A DNA stretch of 64,000 bases, taken from positions 160,001-224,000 of the forward strand of contig CAVPCQ010000032.1 of the NCBI GenBank assembly GCA_963702425.1, written 5' to 3'. A program made the translations under genes and the position numbers. Shown here piece after piece: positions 31,451 through 43,225 of this stretch. Source of the DNA: an uncultured Acidobacteriota bacterium. Lineage in GTDB: Bacteria > Acidobacteriota > Polarisedimenticolia > J045. The stretch's first letter is position 1. Every line of letters begins with the position of its first letter. The notes under the pieces were generated by a model. That model had not been told where the DNA came from and made no database searches. It saw nothing but the letters and a program-made list of their open reading frames with translations.

Positions 31451-31477
31451 GCGGGGCGGCGCACGGCGCCGCCCCGC
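31451..31477. other. Perfect 12-bp GC hairpin between rubrerythrin and the Fe-S gene
   Basis: GCGGGGCGGCGC-ACG-GCGCCGCCCCGC, with no U-tract. Confidence 0.6.
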
Positions 31478-31509
31478 TCACCCGCCACCCGTCTTTGGGA
31501 GGCCCTCCG

Positions 31510-32889
31510 ATGAGTGACGCGAAGGACCTGGACCCGATCCGCTACGCCCCGACCGACGGCCTGACCTACAACCCGAACGAGGCCCGGTACTGGGACCCGT
31601 CCGCGCTGCAGCAGGAGGTCGACCGGATCTACGACCTCTGCCACGGCTGCCGGATGTGCTTCAAGTTCTGCCAGTCGTTCCCGACGCTCTTCGAGGCGGT
31701 CGACACGCACGGCGACGTGCGACGGCTCCCGGCCGCAACCCACCGCCGGATCGTCGACGAGTGCTTCCAGTGCAAGCTGTGCTACTCGCAGTGCCCCTAC
31801 ACCGAGGCCGAAGGCCACGAATTCAAGGTCGACTTCCCGCGCCTGATGCTGCGCGCCAAGGCGATCCGCGTCCGCAAGGAGGGGCTGGGGCTGCGCGAGA
31901 AGCTGCTCTCCGACCCCGACCGGATCGGGAAGCTGGGCGGTCTCATGCCCGGGCTCGCCAACTGGGGCAACCGCTTCCGGCCCAACCGGATCGCGATGGA
32001 GCTGGTCGGCGGGATCCACCGCGACAAGCTCCTGCCGCCGTTCGAGAGCCCGAGCTTCCCCGAGTGGGTCAAGCGGCAGAAGGGCGGTGCGGCCGAGACC
32101 GCGGGCGGGTCGCACCCGGTCGTGCTCTTCGCGACCTGCTTCGTCAACTGGAACCGCCCTGCCATCGGCAAGGCGGCCCTGGCGGTGCTCGAGCACAACG
32201 ACTGCAAGGTCGCCTGCCCGGACCTTCCGTGCTGCGGCATGCCGGCCCTCGACGCCGGCGACATCGCGCTGGCGAAGAGCAAGGCGAAGCGCAACGTCGA
32301 GGCGCTGCTCCCCTGGGTCCAGCGCGGCTACCGCGTCGCGGTCGTCAACCCGACCTGTTCGCTGATGATGAAGAGCGAGTACCCGGAACTGCTCGACGAC
32401 CCGGCCGACCGGCCGCTGGCCGACGCCGCGAAGCAGGTCGCGGCCGCGACCCGCGACCTGGGCGAGTTCCTGTTCGAGCTGCACAAGGACGGCCAATTCA
32501 GGACCGACTTCAAGTCGACGCCCGGCGGCCCGGTCGCGTACCACGCGCCGTGCCATCTGCGGCAGCAGGCGGTCGGCTTCCGCAGCCGCGACCTGATGCG
32601 CCGCATCCCCGGCGTGCAGCCGCGCCTGGTCCAGGAGTGCTGCGGCCACGACGGGACCTGGGCGATGAAGAAGGAGTGGTTCGAGCTGTCGCTCAAGAAC
32701 GGCCAGAAGGCGTTCGACGGGATGAAGGAGGCGGGCGCCGAGATCTGGACCTCCGACTGCCCGCTGGCCGCGATCCAGTTCGAGCAGGCCTGCGGCCGGG
32801 CGGTGCTCCACCCGGTCGAGGTGCTGGCCCGCGCCTACCGCGAGGACGGGTTCCCCGAGAAGGTCACCCCCGAGAGTCCGGCCCCCTGA
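31510..32889 (+). CDS. Rubrerythrin-associated Fe-S oxidoreductase (GlpC/HdrD-like, CCG domains)
   Basis: CHGCRMCFKFC, CFQCKLCYSQC, CCGMP, YHAPCH, ECCGHDG, SDCPLA. Confidence 0.9.
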   Translation: MSDAKDLDPIRYAPTDGLTYNPNEARYWDPSALQQEVDRIYDLCHGCRMCFKFCQSFPTLFEAVDTHGDVRRLPAATHRRIVDECFQCKLCYSQCPYTEAEGHEFKVDFPRLMLRAKAIRVRKEGLGLREKLLSDPDRIGKLGGLMPGLANWGNRFRPNRIAMELVGGIHRDKLLPPFESPSFPEWVKRQKGGAAETAGGSHPVVLFATCFVNWNRPAIGKAALAVLEHNDCKVACPDLPCCGMPALDAGDIALAKSKAKRNVEALLPWVQRGYRVAVVNPTCSLMMKSEYPELLDDPADRPLADAAKQVAAATRDLGEFLFELHKDGQFRTDFKSTPGGPVAYHAPCHLRQQAVGFRSRDLMRRIPGVQPRLVQECCGHDGTWAMKKEWFELSLKNGQKAFDGMKEAGAEIWTSDCPLAAIQFEQACGRAVLHPVEVLARAYREDGFPEKVTPESPAP

Positions 32890-32899
32890 GGACGTCCCG

Positions 32900-33481
32900 A
32901 TGCCGACGATCGACCGCCGCGAAATCCTCGACCGCGAGAGCTACGAGCAGGCCCGGCCCGACGTGCGTCGCCGCGTCATGATGGCCAAGGACCGGCGCCG
33001 CGTCCTGGTCGGCGAGCACTGCTCGGTCCACTTCGAGAGCCGCGAGACGATGCTCTACCAGGTGCACGAGATGCTGCGCGCGGAGGGCTCCTGGGACCGC
33101 AGCGGAGCGGTAGACGACGAGCTGGAGGCCTACAACCCGCTCGTTCCGGGATCGGGCGAGCTGTCGGCAACCGTGATGTTCGAGTACGAGACGGCCGCGG
33201 AGCGGGCGGTCTTCCTGCCGCGGCTCGTCGGGATCGAGCGCCACCTGGCGCTGAAGATCGGCGACACGCCACCGGTCCTGGCCCGCTTCGACCGCGGCCA
33301 GATCGACGAACACAAGGTCTCGTCGGTGCAGTACGTCCGGTTCCCGCTGACGGACGAACAGCGGCGGCTGCTCAGGGAGGACGGGACGGTCGTGCGGCTC
33401 GTGCTCGACCATCCCGCCCTGCAGGGACAGGCCGTCGTCGGCGAGGCGACGCGGCGCGAAATCATGAACGACCCGGACTGA
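32900..33481 (+). CDS. DUF3501 family protein
   Basis: FESRETMLYQVHEMLRAE, ELEAYNPLVP, SSVQYVRF; canonical position after rubrerythrin and the Fe-S gene. Confidence 0.88.
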   Translation: MPTIDRREILDRESYEQARPDVRRRVMMAKDRRRVLVGEHCSVHFESRETMLYQVHEMLRAEGSWDRSGAVDDELEAYNPLVPGSGELSATVMFEYETAAERAVFLPRLVGIERHLALKIGDTPPVLARFDRGQIDEHKVSSVQYVRFPLTDEQRRLLREDGTVVRLVLDHPALQGQAVVGEATRREIMNDPD

Positions 33482-33500
33482 CGACCGGGCCCACACAACG

Positions 33501-34115
<615 letters not shown>

Positions 34116-34255
34116 GGTCCGGATCCTCCTGTTGCAAGAAAATAGAAACTAGTTAATCGCGCGATGCCTCTTGCGCGCGCGGCGAAGCCGCGAGATTTCA
34201 ACGCTATCGCAGGGTGAGAGGTGCCGCCAGTCAGCGAGTGCGCGTCGCGCGCGGC

Positions 34256-34936
34256 TCAGGCGTGCAACTGCAGGATCTGCGTCTCACCGACACGGGCGCT
34301 TTCGACCGCGGGCTCGCACGGGACGGCGATCACGTCCAGCCGCGAGCACCCGGTATCGGGCCGGTAGTTGCGGCCCGGGTCGGCGATCAGGACTTCGATC
34401 CCCTGCCCCACCAGCGCGCGCAGCCACGGGGTGACACGCGCCGCCATCGGGCCCTCGTAGAGGATGTCGCCGCCGAGCACCAGGTCGATCCCGTGGAGCT
34501 CCCGTCCGATCCAGTCCGCCGTGACGACCTCGATCACCGCCGTCGGCGCGAGCGCGCCGCGCGCGACGTTGAGCTCGACATTCAGCGCCATCGCCGCGCA
34601 CGCGACCGGATCGATGTCGGTCGCGATGACCGACGCCGCGCCGGCACGCGCCGCCGCGATCGCGACGACTCCCGAGCCGGAGCCGAAGTCGAGCACGCGC
34701 CGGCCGCGCACGATCTCGGGTCGATCGAGCAGGTAGCGCGCCATCGCCTGGCCGCCCGCCCACGGCGTCGCCCAGTAGGGGGGCGGCGGCGCCGGCAGCC
34801 CGACCAGCGCGTTGCGGCACAGGCTCTCCCATAGTCCGGTGAAATCGGAAGACTGGTAGACCTCGATCTCCGGCACGATCGGCACCGGCGCCGCGCGGGC
34901 GTTGGCGAGCACGAAGGCGCGGAGGTCTGCGGTCAC
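34256..34936 (-). CDS. Class I SAM-dependent protein-lysine methyltransferase-like (METTL20/Methyltransf_16 type)
   Basis: [43 protein letters not shown]. Confidence 0.85.
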   Translation of the reverse strand: MTADLRAFVLANARAAPVPIVPEIEVYQSSDFTGLWESLCRNALVGLPAPPPPYWATPWAGGQAMARYLLDRPEIVRGRRVLDFGSGSGVVAIAAARAGAASVIATDIDPVACAAMALNVELNVARGALAPTAVIEVVTADWIGRELHGIDLVLGGDILYEGPMAARVTPWLRALVGQGIEVLIADPGRNYRPDTGCSRLDVIAVPCEPAVESARVGETQILQLHA

Positions 34937-35023
34937 GAATCTCCCCGGCGCCGGTCGGGATCGGCGACGCCACGTCTATACTGCCTGAACCTTGGCCGAA
35001 GGCGAACGGAGGCAGGACGGACC

Positions 35024-35843
35024 GTGGCGACCTACGCGATCGGTGACATCCAGGGATGCTGGGACGCGCTGCAGCGCCTGCTGTCCCGGATCGGGTTCGA
35101 TCCATCGCGGGACCGGCTCTGGATCGTGGGCGATCTCGTCAATCGCGGGACCGGATCGATCGAGGTGCTGCGCTGGGCGCGCGACCTCGGCGATCGCGCG
35201 GTCGTCGTGCTCGGCAACCACGACCTGCACCTGCTCGGGCGGGCGCTCGGCGTGACGACGGGCGCGCGCCGTCGACACGCTCGACGAGGTGCTCGCGGCG
35301 CCCGATCGGGGCGACCTGCTGGCGTGGCTCCGGACCCGGCCGCTGGCGCACCGCGAGGGGCGCTTCCTGCTGGTCCACGCGGGGCTGCTGCCGCAGTGGT
35401 CCTCGATCGACGCGCTCGCGGCGGCGCGGGAGCTGGAGACGGTCCTGCGCGGACCGGACGACGCGGCGGCCGCGCTCCTGTCGCGGCTCCACGCGAAGGA
35501 GGCTCCCCTCCCCGGCGCGGCACACGACGACGCGCAGCGCCGCGAGCTGGCACTCGCCGCGCTGGTGCGCATCCGGTGCATCGACCCGCGCACCGGTGCG
35601 CTCGCGCTGCGCTACAAGGGGCCGCCCGACGAGGCGCCCGATGGGCTCGTCGCCTGGTACGACGCGCCGACCCGGCGCGAGCGCGACGTCACGGTGATCT
35701 GCGGCCACTGGTCCGCGCTGGGCCTGCGGATCCGGCCGGACCTGGTCGCCATCGACACCGGTTGCTGGCTGGGGCGGTCGCTGACGGCGTACCGGATCGA
35801 GGATGGGTCGGTGTTCCAGGTGGAGGCGCTGCGCGACCCGTAG
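35024..35843 (+). CDS. apaH: Symmetrical bis(5'-nucleosyl)-tetraphosphatase (frameshift near 35270)
   Basis: [29 protein letters not shown]; second frame [22 protein letters not shown]. Confidence 0.92.
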
Positions 35844-35955
35844 GGGCCGGCCTCCGTGCCGGCCCGAACGATGCGTGGCGGGTTTCGGGCCGGCACGGAG
35901 GCCGGCCCGAACGATGCGTGGCGGGTTTCGGGCCGGCACGGAGGCCGGCCCCTAC
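35840..35955. repeat. REP cluster (REPIN/BIME-like): three palindromes with two identical 19-nt linkers
   Basis: GTAGGGGCCGGCCTCCGTGCCGGCCCG-AACGATGCGTGGCGGGTTT-CGGGCCGGCACGGAGGCCGGCCCG-AACGATGCGTGGCGGGTTT-CGGGCCGGCACGGAGGCCGGCCCCTAC. Confidence 0.9.
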
Positions 35956-36002
35956 ACATCGCTGATAGACGCGAGGAGAATGCGGCAATCTGGAGGGCGG
36001 TC

Positions 36003-39000
36003 ATGGATCGTCAGCAGCCGATCGGAGTGTGCGTTTCCCTGTTCGCAGTCCTTCTCTCCTGCTCCATGGCGTTCGCTGACGAGATCGGCCCCCCCGGAGC
36101 CAAGCTGATGGGCGACCTGCCCGCGGTGCTCGAGGCCGCGGGATCTGGGGACCGGATCCCGGTCTACTTCGTGCTCGCCGACCAGCTCGAGGGGGACGCG
36201 CTGCGCGCGCGGGTCGCCGCCCTCACCGCCGGGGCCGCGCCGCCGGCCGGCGCCGCGGGCAAGGCCGCGCGCCGCCAGGCCACCGTGAGCGCGCTGCGCG
36301 AACACGCCGCGCAGGCGCAGGCCGGACTGCTGGCCGCGCTCCGCGCGCTCGAAGCGCAGGGCGCCGCCGCGCGCGTCCGCCCGCTCTGGATCGGCAACGT
36401 CGTCGGCGCCGACCTGGCGCCGGACGCGGTCCGCGCGCTCGCGGCGCGGCCGGAGGTCGTGCGCGTCAACTGGAATCCCAAGCGCGACGTCTTCCTCGGC
36501 GCCCGCGCGAGTTCCGGACCGAGCCGCCGCGCCGGCCGGCTGGCGCGCCCGCTACGGCCTGTCGCCGCTGGCGCCGGCCGGGACCGATGGTCCGGGCATC
36601 GACGCCCTCGAGTGCGGCGTGGTCAAGATGCGCGCACCCGAGGTCTGGAACGAGCTGGGCAACACCGGGGCCGGGGCCGTGATCGCGGTGATCGACACCG
36701 GCGTCTGCTGGACCCACCCCGACATCGCGAACCAGATCTGGGTCAATCCGGGCGAGGACCTCAATCACAACGGCGTCGTGATGGACGCCGCCGACATGAA
36801 CGGCGTCGATAACGACGGCAACGGCTTCATCGACGACCTGATCGGCTGGAACTTCGACCTCAACACCAACCAGCCGACCGACGAGAACTCGCACGGCTCG
36901 CACTGCGCCGGGACGATCGCGGGCGACGGGACCGGCGGGAGCCAGTCCGGGATGGCGCCGGACGCGAAGATCATGGCGGTGCGGGTCGGGGTCAACTTCT
37001 CGGACGAGGTCGACGTCTGGAACGCGATGCAGTATGCGGCGGCCAACGGCGCCGACGCGATCTCGATGAGCCTGGGCTGGCCGCACGGCCAGAACCCGGA
37101 CCGGCCGGACCTGGCGCACGAACTGCGAGAACACGATCAACGCCGGGACGGCGATGGTGATCGCGGCCGGCAACGAAGGCCAGGGCGCGGAGCCGGACAA
37201 CGTCCGCACACCGGGCGACGTGCCGCGGGTGATCACGGTCGGGGCGACCGACTGCAGCGACGTCGCGGCGGGGTTCTCGTCGCGCGGGCCGGTGACCTGG
37301 CAGGGAATCGCGCCGTGGAACGACTGGCCCTGGCCCCCGGGCCTGGTCAAGCCGGACATCTCGGCGCCGGGCGTGGACACACTGAGCCACAACGTCTGCA
37401 CGGGCTACTCGTACAAGTCGGGGACCTCGATGGCCACCCCGCACGTGGCCGGCGCGGTGGCGCTGATCGTGGCCGCCAACCCCGGCCTCGCGCACGACGA
37501 CATCAAGGCGCTGCTGGAAGACACTTCGGTCGATCTCGGCGAGCCGGGCAAGGACAACACCTACGGCACCGGGCGCGTCGACGCCTACGCGGCCGTCACG
37601 AACGCCGCCAATTCCGACGGCCGCATCGCGATCAAGGAAGCCGCGATCGGCTGCGCGTCCCTGCTCAACCTGACGCTGACCGACAGCGACCTCGCGAGCC
37701 AGGGAACCGCCGGCGTGAAGGTCGCTTCGACCCGCGAGCCGGCCGGCGAGACCGTTGCTCTGACGGAGACGCGCCCGGGATCCGGCGTCTTCAAGGGCGC
37801 GATCGAGGTCGCCTCCGGCGATCCGGTCGCCGACGGCCGGATCCAGGTCCACCCCGCCGACACGATCACCGCGACGTACCTCGACGCCGACGATGGCAAC
37901 GGGGGCGTCAACGTGCCCAAGTCCGATACCGCTGCGGTGGACTGCGTAGCCCCGGCGATCAGCTCGAGCCGGGCCACCGACATCACCGACACGAGAGCCG
38001 TCATCCGCTGGACGACCGACGAGTCGTCCGACAGCCGGGTCCGCTACGGCGCCGTGCCCCCCCCGTCCCAGGAGGCCTCCGGCTCCGCGGGGGTGACCGA
38101 GCACGCGGTGACGCTGACCGGTCTTGCGGCCTGCACCGTCTACTTCTTCGAGGTCGCCAGCGCGGACGGGCTGGGCAACGGCGCCATCGACGACAACGCG
38201 CACAACTGGTTCCGCTTCGAAACCTACGGCAACTTCCCGGACATCGGCGTTGCGCCGTGCCACGCCGGCCAGGTGCGGATCGAACGGCCGACCTACGCGT
38301 GCAGCGGCCCGATGCTCGTCTCGGTGACCGACCTCGACCTCAACCAGGACCGCGATGCCGTCGAGACCGCTCGGGTCCGCGTCTCCTCGACGACCGAACC
38401 GGGCGGCGAGTGGGCCACCGTGACCGAGGTCTCCGCGAACAGCGCGCGGTTCGAGGGACCGGTGACGCTCTCGGGCGCCCCCGCCGCCACCGGCGACGGG
38501 CTGCTCCAGCTCGCCCACGGCGACCTGATCACCGCGACCTACGCCGATGCCGATGACGGGCTCGGGCAGCTCGCTTTCCCATCCTTCACGAGCCGCGCCG
38601 ACTGCGCCGCGACCCGCGCGGTGCAGGTGCGCATCGCCTGGCTGTCCAACACGCGCGCCGTCGTCGCGTGGGACACCGCGGAGCCGGCCAGCTCGCGGGT
38701 GGAGTTCGGCCCCACCGCGGCGCTCGGCCAGGTCGAGCAGGACGCCGCGCTCGTGACGCAGCACGCCGTCGCGATCGCCGGTTTCGCCGAGTGCGCGCGG
38801 ATCCACTTCCGGGTGGGAGGCTCGGACGCCTACGGGAACGGCTTCACGGTCGACGCCGGCGGCGTGCCGTTCGCGCTCAACGCCAACCGGATCCCGGGGG
38901 TCTACTACTACGACGGCTTCGAGACCGACACCGGCTGGGTCCGCGGAAACGAGTGGGAGATCGGCGCGCCGCAGGGCAAGGGCGGCGGCCCCGGGGGCAA

Positions 39001-40028
39001 TCCCGATCCGACCCGCGCATTCAGCGGGGCCGGAGTGCTGGGGACCGACCTGACCGGCCGCGGCGCGAACCCGGGGAACTACGAGCCGGACGCCGGAAAC
39101 GGTGCGGCCTCGCCCTACTTCACCTGCAACCCGTGCCAGCACTCGACGCTGATCGTGCGCCGCTGGCTGAACGTGGAAGGGACGTACGACGACGCGCGGA
39201 TCTCGCTACTCACGCCGGGGAAGAACGACACGATCTGGAGCAACGGCACCGTCTTCGTCCGCGACTCGTCCTGGGTCGAGCAGCGCTACGACATCTCCGC
39301 GTACCTCGACGGCAAGCCGGCGGCGCAACTGCGCTTCACGATCACCGCCAACTCCAGTACGCAGCACAGCGGCTGGAACGTCGACGAGGTGATCATCAAG
39401 GATGGATCTCTCCCCGACTACGCCGCCTGCGGGAGCTGCAGCGGCGCGCCGTCTTTCGCGGGGCTCGAGACGGTGCGGGACGCGGCACCCTGCGCGGGCG
39501 GCGGATTGACGCTGACGTGGCAGCCGGCCGCCGCGTGGGGCTCCGGAGCCGCGGGGCTGTACAACGTCTATCGCGGCACGACGTCCGACTTCGTTCCGGG
39601 TCCGGCCACCCGGATCGCGACCGGCGTCGCGGGGACCTCCTTCGCCGACGACGCCGCGCCGGTCGGGCAGCCCGTCTGGTACGTCGTCCGAGCCGAGAAC
39701 GCGGAGGTCGTGCGGGAGCGGCCCGTCGGGCGGCGTCGAGGAGCAGAACCTCGTGCGGATCTCCGGCACCGAGACCGTCAGCCGGCCCGAGCCGGGCACG
39801 ATCGAGGGCAGCCTCCGCGCGGAGCCGGTCAACCACGCGCACCTGCGCCTGTCCTGGAGCTCCGTACCGGACGCCGTCGGCTACCGCGTGCAGCGCGGCC
39901 AGCGCGCCGACCTGGCGGACGCCATCCTGCTCGGCGAGACGGCGGGGACGATGTTCGAGGACGCGGGGGCGCTGACCGACCTCAAGACCTACTTCTACCG
40001 CGTGACGGCGGTCGGAGCCTGCAACTGA
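36003..40028 (+). CDS. Large secreted S8 (subtilisin-like) serine protease with Ig/FnIII-like modules (frameshifts near 36530, 37110, 39710)
   Basis: Signal peptide; triad VIDTG, HGSHCAG, GTSMATPH; oxyanion AAGNEG. Ends TYFYRVTAVGACN-TGA. Confidence 0.9.
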
Positions 40029-40034
40029 GGAATC

Positions 40035-40103
40035 GGGGGCAGCAAACGTAAGTCGTTCAGTCGCGTGATTCGGGCGACTAACCGACTAACGGTTGCTGTC
40101 CCC
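40035..40103. repeat. Imperfect palindrome of the GGGGACAGCAACCGTAAG family
   Basis: GGGGGCAGCAAACGTAAGTCG...CGACTAACGGTTGCTGTCCCC; homologous to 54934-55028. Confidence 0.8.
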
Positions 40104-40111
40104 GGTACTGC

Positions 40112-40278
40112 CTAGTGTCACGTAACCGAAGTCATGTTAACGCCGGGGCGGCCTGGCAAGCCGATGGCTGCGTTGCTCCTCCTTGCTGTACGGTTCAGTA
40201 CAGCGGCGTCGTCGCGCCTTGCCCTCGGCTTGCCATCCTCGCCCAGTCATTAACCTGACTTCGGTTACGTGACACTAG
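40112..40278. mobile_element. MITE-like element: 159 bp, 25-bp terminal inverted repeats, flanked by CTAG on both sides
   Basis: CTAG-TGTCACGTAACCGAAGTCATGTTAA ... TTAACCTGACTTCGGTTACGTGACA-CTAG (1 mismatch). Interior is also self-complementary. Confidence 0.85.
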
Positions 40279-40682
40279 CGGCCGCCATCCCCGTGGCCGA
40301 CCCCCCAGAAGTTGACCGTGTCCTCGTCGATGTGCTCGCCGTACGACTTCACCTCCTCGTCGGTGATGAAGTAGGTGGCGTGGTGCCCGTAGATGCGGGA
40401 GAAGACGACCGTCCCCTCGTGCCCGGGTCCGGTTGCGTAATGGATCTCGGCCATCGTCCGATCGCGGCGTGAGGTCAGGTCCTTGCCGCACAGCGGGCAG
40501 TGGAAACGGACCATCGACTTCTTCTTCAGCTTGAACCCCTCCGGAATGATGCAGTCGTAGTTCCCCGGCTGGGGACTGAAGAGCATCAGGCCGCGGTGAC
40601 TCTCGTGGTCGGCGCGCAGGATGATCTTGACGTTCGGATTCAGGACCCCGTCGCAGTGCGGGCAACTGTAGTTCCGTCGCAT
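40275..40682 (-). CDS. Hypothetical protein with two CxxC motifs (putative zinc-binding)
   Basis: YSCPHC and FHCPLC; 135 aa with strongly GC-biased third codon positions. Confidence 0.8.
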   Translation of the reverse strand: MRRNYSCPHCDGVLNPNVKIILRADHESHRGLMLFSPQPGNYDCIIPEGFKLKKKSMVRFHCPLCGKDLTSRRDRTMAEIHYATGPGHEGTVVFSRIYGHHATYFITDEEVKSYGEHIDEDTVNFWGVGHGDGGR

Positions 40683-40926
40683 GGCGTCTCCCGGCCCGCG
40701 CTCCGGCCCGCCGGCGGCGGGTCCGGTCGCCCGGCGGAGTCAGAGGTTAGCGCACGCTTCTCTTTCCGGAAAGGAGGGGCGCGGTCCGCGGCGGCGGTCC
40801 GGAGCCTCGGTTCGGCCCCGTCCGTCTCGTTGCGGGGAGGTCCGACCGCGGGACAGCCGCCCCGGCGGACTTACATTCGACGCTGAGATCGTTCCAGCGC
40901 GCCGGGGAGCGCGCGAGGGTGACCTG

Positions 40927-42888
40927 ATGCACCGCCGGGCCGCGCCGTCCTCCTCCCTGGCCCTTCTCCCCGCCGCGATCATGGCGCTCGCCGCACTCGC
41001 CGCGATCGGCGCCTCCACCGCCGCCGTCTCGATCTACGTTCCGCCCGAGCGCCTGGCCGAGACGGCCCCGCTGATCGTCGAGGGGACGGTGACGCGCACC
41101 GCGTCGGGCTTCGATCCGAGGACGGGATCGCTGAACACCTACGTCACGGTGGCGGTGAGCTTCGTGCACCGCGGGCCGTCCGGGCTGACGGAGGTCGTGG
41201 TGCGCGAACTCGGCGGCCACTTCGACGACCTGGTTCACGACGTGGACGCGGTCCCGGTCTATCGGCTCGGCGAACGCGTCCTGCTGTTCCTCGAGCCGGG
41301 GCGCGACGGCGCGCTCCGCACCGCCGGCCTGTTCTTCGGCAAGTTCTCGCTGGTCAATGACAGTGAAGGACTGCGCGTCGCGCGGCGGGAAATGTCGGGC
41401 CTGGGACGACTCGCGCGCACCACGCCCCCCGAGTACGAGGACTTCCCCGCCGGGCAGATCGCGGCGCTCGCGGCGTCGGTCTCGCTGGCTCCCTCGCGGC
41501 AGCCGCAATCGGAGTCCCCGCTGCTCTCCCGGCCTTCCGAGTTTTCGCGCCTGCTGTGGGACGACGTGGCGGAGCCGGCGCCCGGCGGCCCGCGCCGCGA
41601 ACCCGACTTCGAGCCGCTTTCCAGCGCCGAACCGGTCCGCTGGCACGAGGCCGACAGCGGGACGGCGGTCAACGTCAACATCGAGCGCGCACGCGACCCT
41701 CTCGGCAATCCTCAGGGCGCCGTCGACGAGATGAAGCGCGCGATGGCGGCCTGGACCGCGGTGCCGGAGGCGCGGATCGTCCTGCAGGCCAACAACGACA
41801 ACTACGACTTCACCGCGGCCAACGCCAGCGGCCCCGCCGACGCCTATCCGCCCGTCAGCGTGATCCTCTTCGGCGACCCCTACAACGACATCACCGACCC
41901 CTCGGGCTGCAGCGGCACGCTGGCAATCGGCGGCTACTGGCGCTCCGGCAGCAACCAGAAGACGGTGAACAACCGGACCTTCTACCCGGCGCTGCGGCTC
42001 TACGTGATCTTCAACAACGGCTTCGAGTGCTATCTCGGCAACCGCGACAACCTGGCGGAGGTAGCGACGCACGAACTGGGGCACGGCATCGGCTTCGGTC
42101 ATTCGACCGTCGCCGACGCCGCGATGCGCGCCTCGGCCTACGGCGGCCGCGGCCCGCGGCTCGGCAATGACGACAAGGACGGCGCGCACTGCCACTATCC
42201 GCATACGCTGACCCTCAGCACACCCAACGGCGGGAACTCGTGGCCGGCCGGGAGCGCGCAGAGCGTCCTCTGGACCGTGACCAACGAGAACGGCACGGAC
42301 AAGGGGACCGTCAGCCTGGAGTACTCGGTCAACGGCGGGTCGAGCTGGAAGCCGATCGCGAGCGGCGAATCCAACGACGGCAGCTACACCTGGACCATTC
42401 CCAACGACCCCTCGAGCAGCGCCTACGTCCGCGTCATCCGCCCCAACCGCGTCAGCCCGACGCCGGCCCCCTACCCCTCCGCCTGCAGCCAGGACGCGTC
42501 GAACAACCCGTTCACGATCACCGCCGCGACGGCCGGCACGGCCCCCGACGGCAAGAGCGGGTCGACGCCACTGCGCGTCGCGCGGGCCGCCGGGACCCAG
42601 GTCACGCTGACGTGGGGCGCGTCCTGCTCAGCCAACGCGTCCGACTACGCGATCTACGAGGGGACGCTCGACGCGCTGCGCGCGGGGTCGTGGAACCACG
42701 CTTCGAAGACCTGCAGCGCCGGCACCGACCGGACCGAGACGATCACGCCAGGGAGCGGCGCGCGCTACTACCTCGTCGCGCCCGTGACCTCGACCGCGGA
42801 AGGGCGTCTCGGGAAGAGCTCGTCCGGCGTCGACCGACCGGCGGCCGCGGCGCCGTGTAAGCCGCGCGAGGCGTCGTCCTGCCCGTGA
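40927..42888 (+). CDS. Secreted matrixin-like (metzincin) metalloprotease with C-terminal Ig-like domains
   Basis: Signal peptide; HELGHGIGFGH; Met-turn AAMRAS; TPNGGNSW...W...SLEYSVNGG domain; ends EGRLGKSSSGVDR...SSCP. Confidence 0.9.
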   Translation: MHRRAAPSSSLALLPAAIMALAALAAIGASTAAVSIYVPPERLAETAPLIVEGTVTRTASGFDPRTGSLNTYVTVAVSFVHRGPSGLTEVVVRELGGHFDDLVHDVDAVPVYRLGERVLLFLEPGRDGALRTAGLFFGKFSLVNDSEGLRVARREMSGLGRLARTTPPEYEDFPAGQIAALAASVSLAPSRQPQSESPLLSRPSEFSRLLWDDVAEPAPGGPRREPDFEPLSSAEPVRWHEADSGTAVNVNIERARDPLGNPQGAVDEMKRAMAAWTAVPEARIVLQANNDNYDFTAANASGPADAYPPVSVILFGDPYNDITDPSGCSGTLAIGGYWRSGSNQKTVNNRTFYPALRLYVIFNNGFECYLGNRDNLAEVATHELGHGIGFGHSTVADAAMRASAYGGRGPRLGNDDKDGAHCHYPHTLTLSTPNGGNSWPAGSAQSVLWTVTNENGTDKGTVSLEYSVNGGSSWKPIASGESNDGSYTWTIPNDPSSSAYVRVIRPNRVSPTPAPYPSACSQDASNNPFTITAATAGTAPDGKSGSTPLRVARAAGTQVTLTWGASCSANASDYAIYEGTLDALRAGSWNHASKTCSAGTDRTETITPGSGARYYLVAPVTSTAEGRLGKSSSGVDRPAAAAPCKPREASSCP

Positions 42889-43058
42889 TGCCTCGCTGCC
42901 CGGTTGAGGGCACCGATCACCCGTGCGCCCTGCAGGAAGCGCGCCCGCTCGGCAGCGTACGGGAACGGCGGGCCCTGACGCGGGGCCCGTCGACGCTGCT
43001 CGGCCGGCGCAGGGCGGGCGGTTCCTCGACTCGAAGAACGCCGCCGTGGCATCGTGAA

Positions 43059-43225
43059 CCGGGGTCGCGAGGTCGCTCTCAGGGCGGCCAGCTTACGTAC
43101 CGAATAGTGCCGGGACCCTCACGCTCATCAGCCCGAACTCCCGCTCGTTCGGTCCGTGGCGGACTTCGCGGATCCGCTTTCACCGGAGTACCGAGCGGTT
43201 CAGAACCGCGACGCGCGTATCCCGG
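43059..43225. ncRNA. Candidate structured non-coding RNA (~167 nt), family unassigned
   Basis: Ends pair (CCGGGGTCGCG..GTCGC / GCGAC.CGCG..TCCCGG) and enclose two hairpins. Intergenic, with no credible CDS. Confidence 0.45.

Noticed and set aside
35840-35955. CRISPR-like repeat-spacer pattern
   Set aside because: The two spacers are identical, the repeats switch orientation, single copies are dispersed through the window and no cas genes are present. This is a REP cluster.
43124-43190. Hammerhead ribozyme (minus-strand CTGATGAG plus an upstream GAAA)
   Set aside because: Stem III is not followed by the required U-H cleavage site, and stem II does not pair convincingly.
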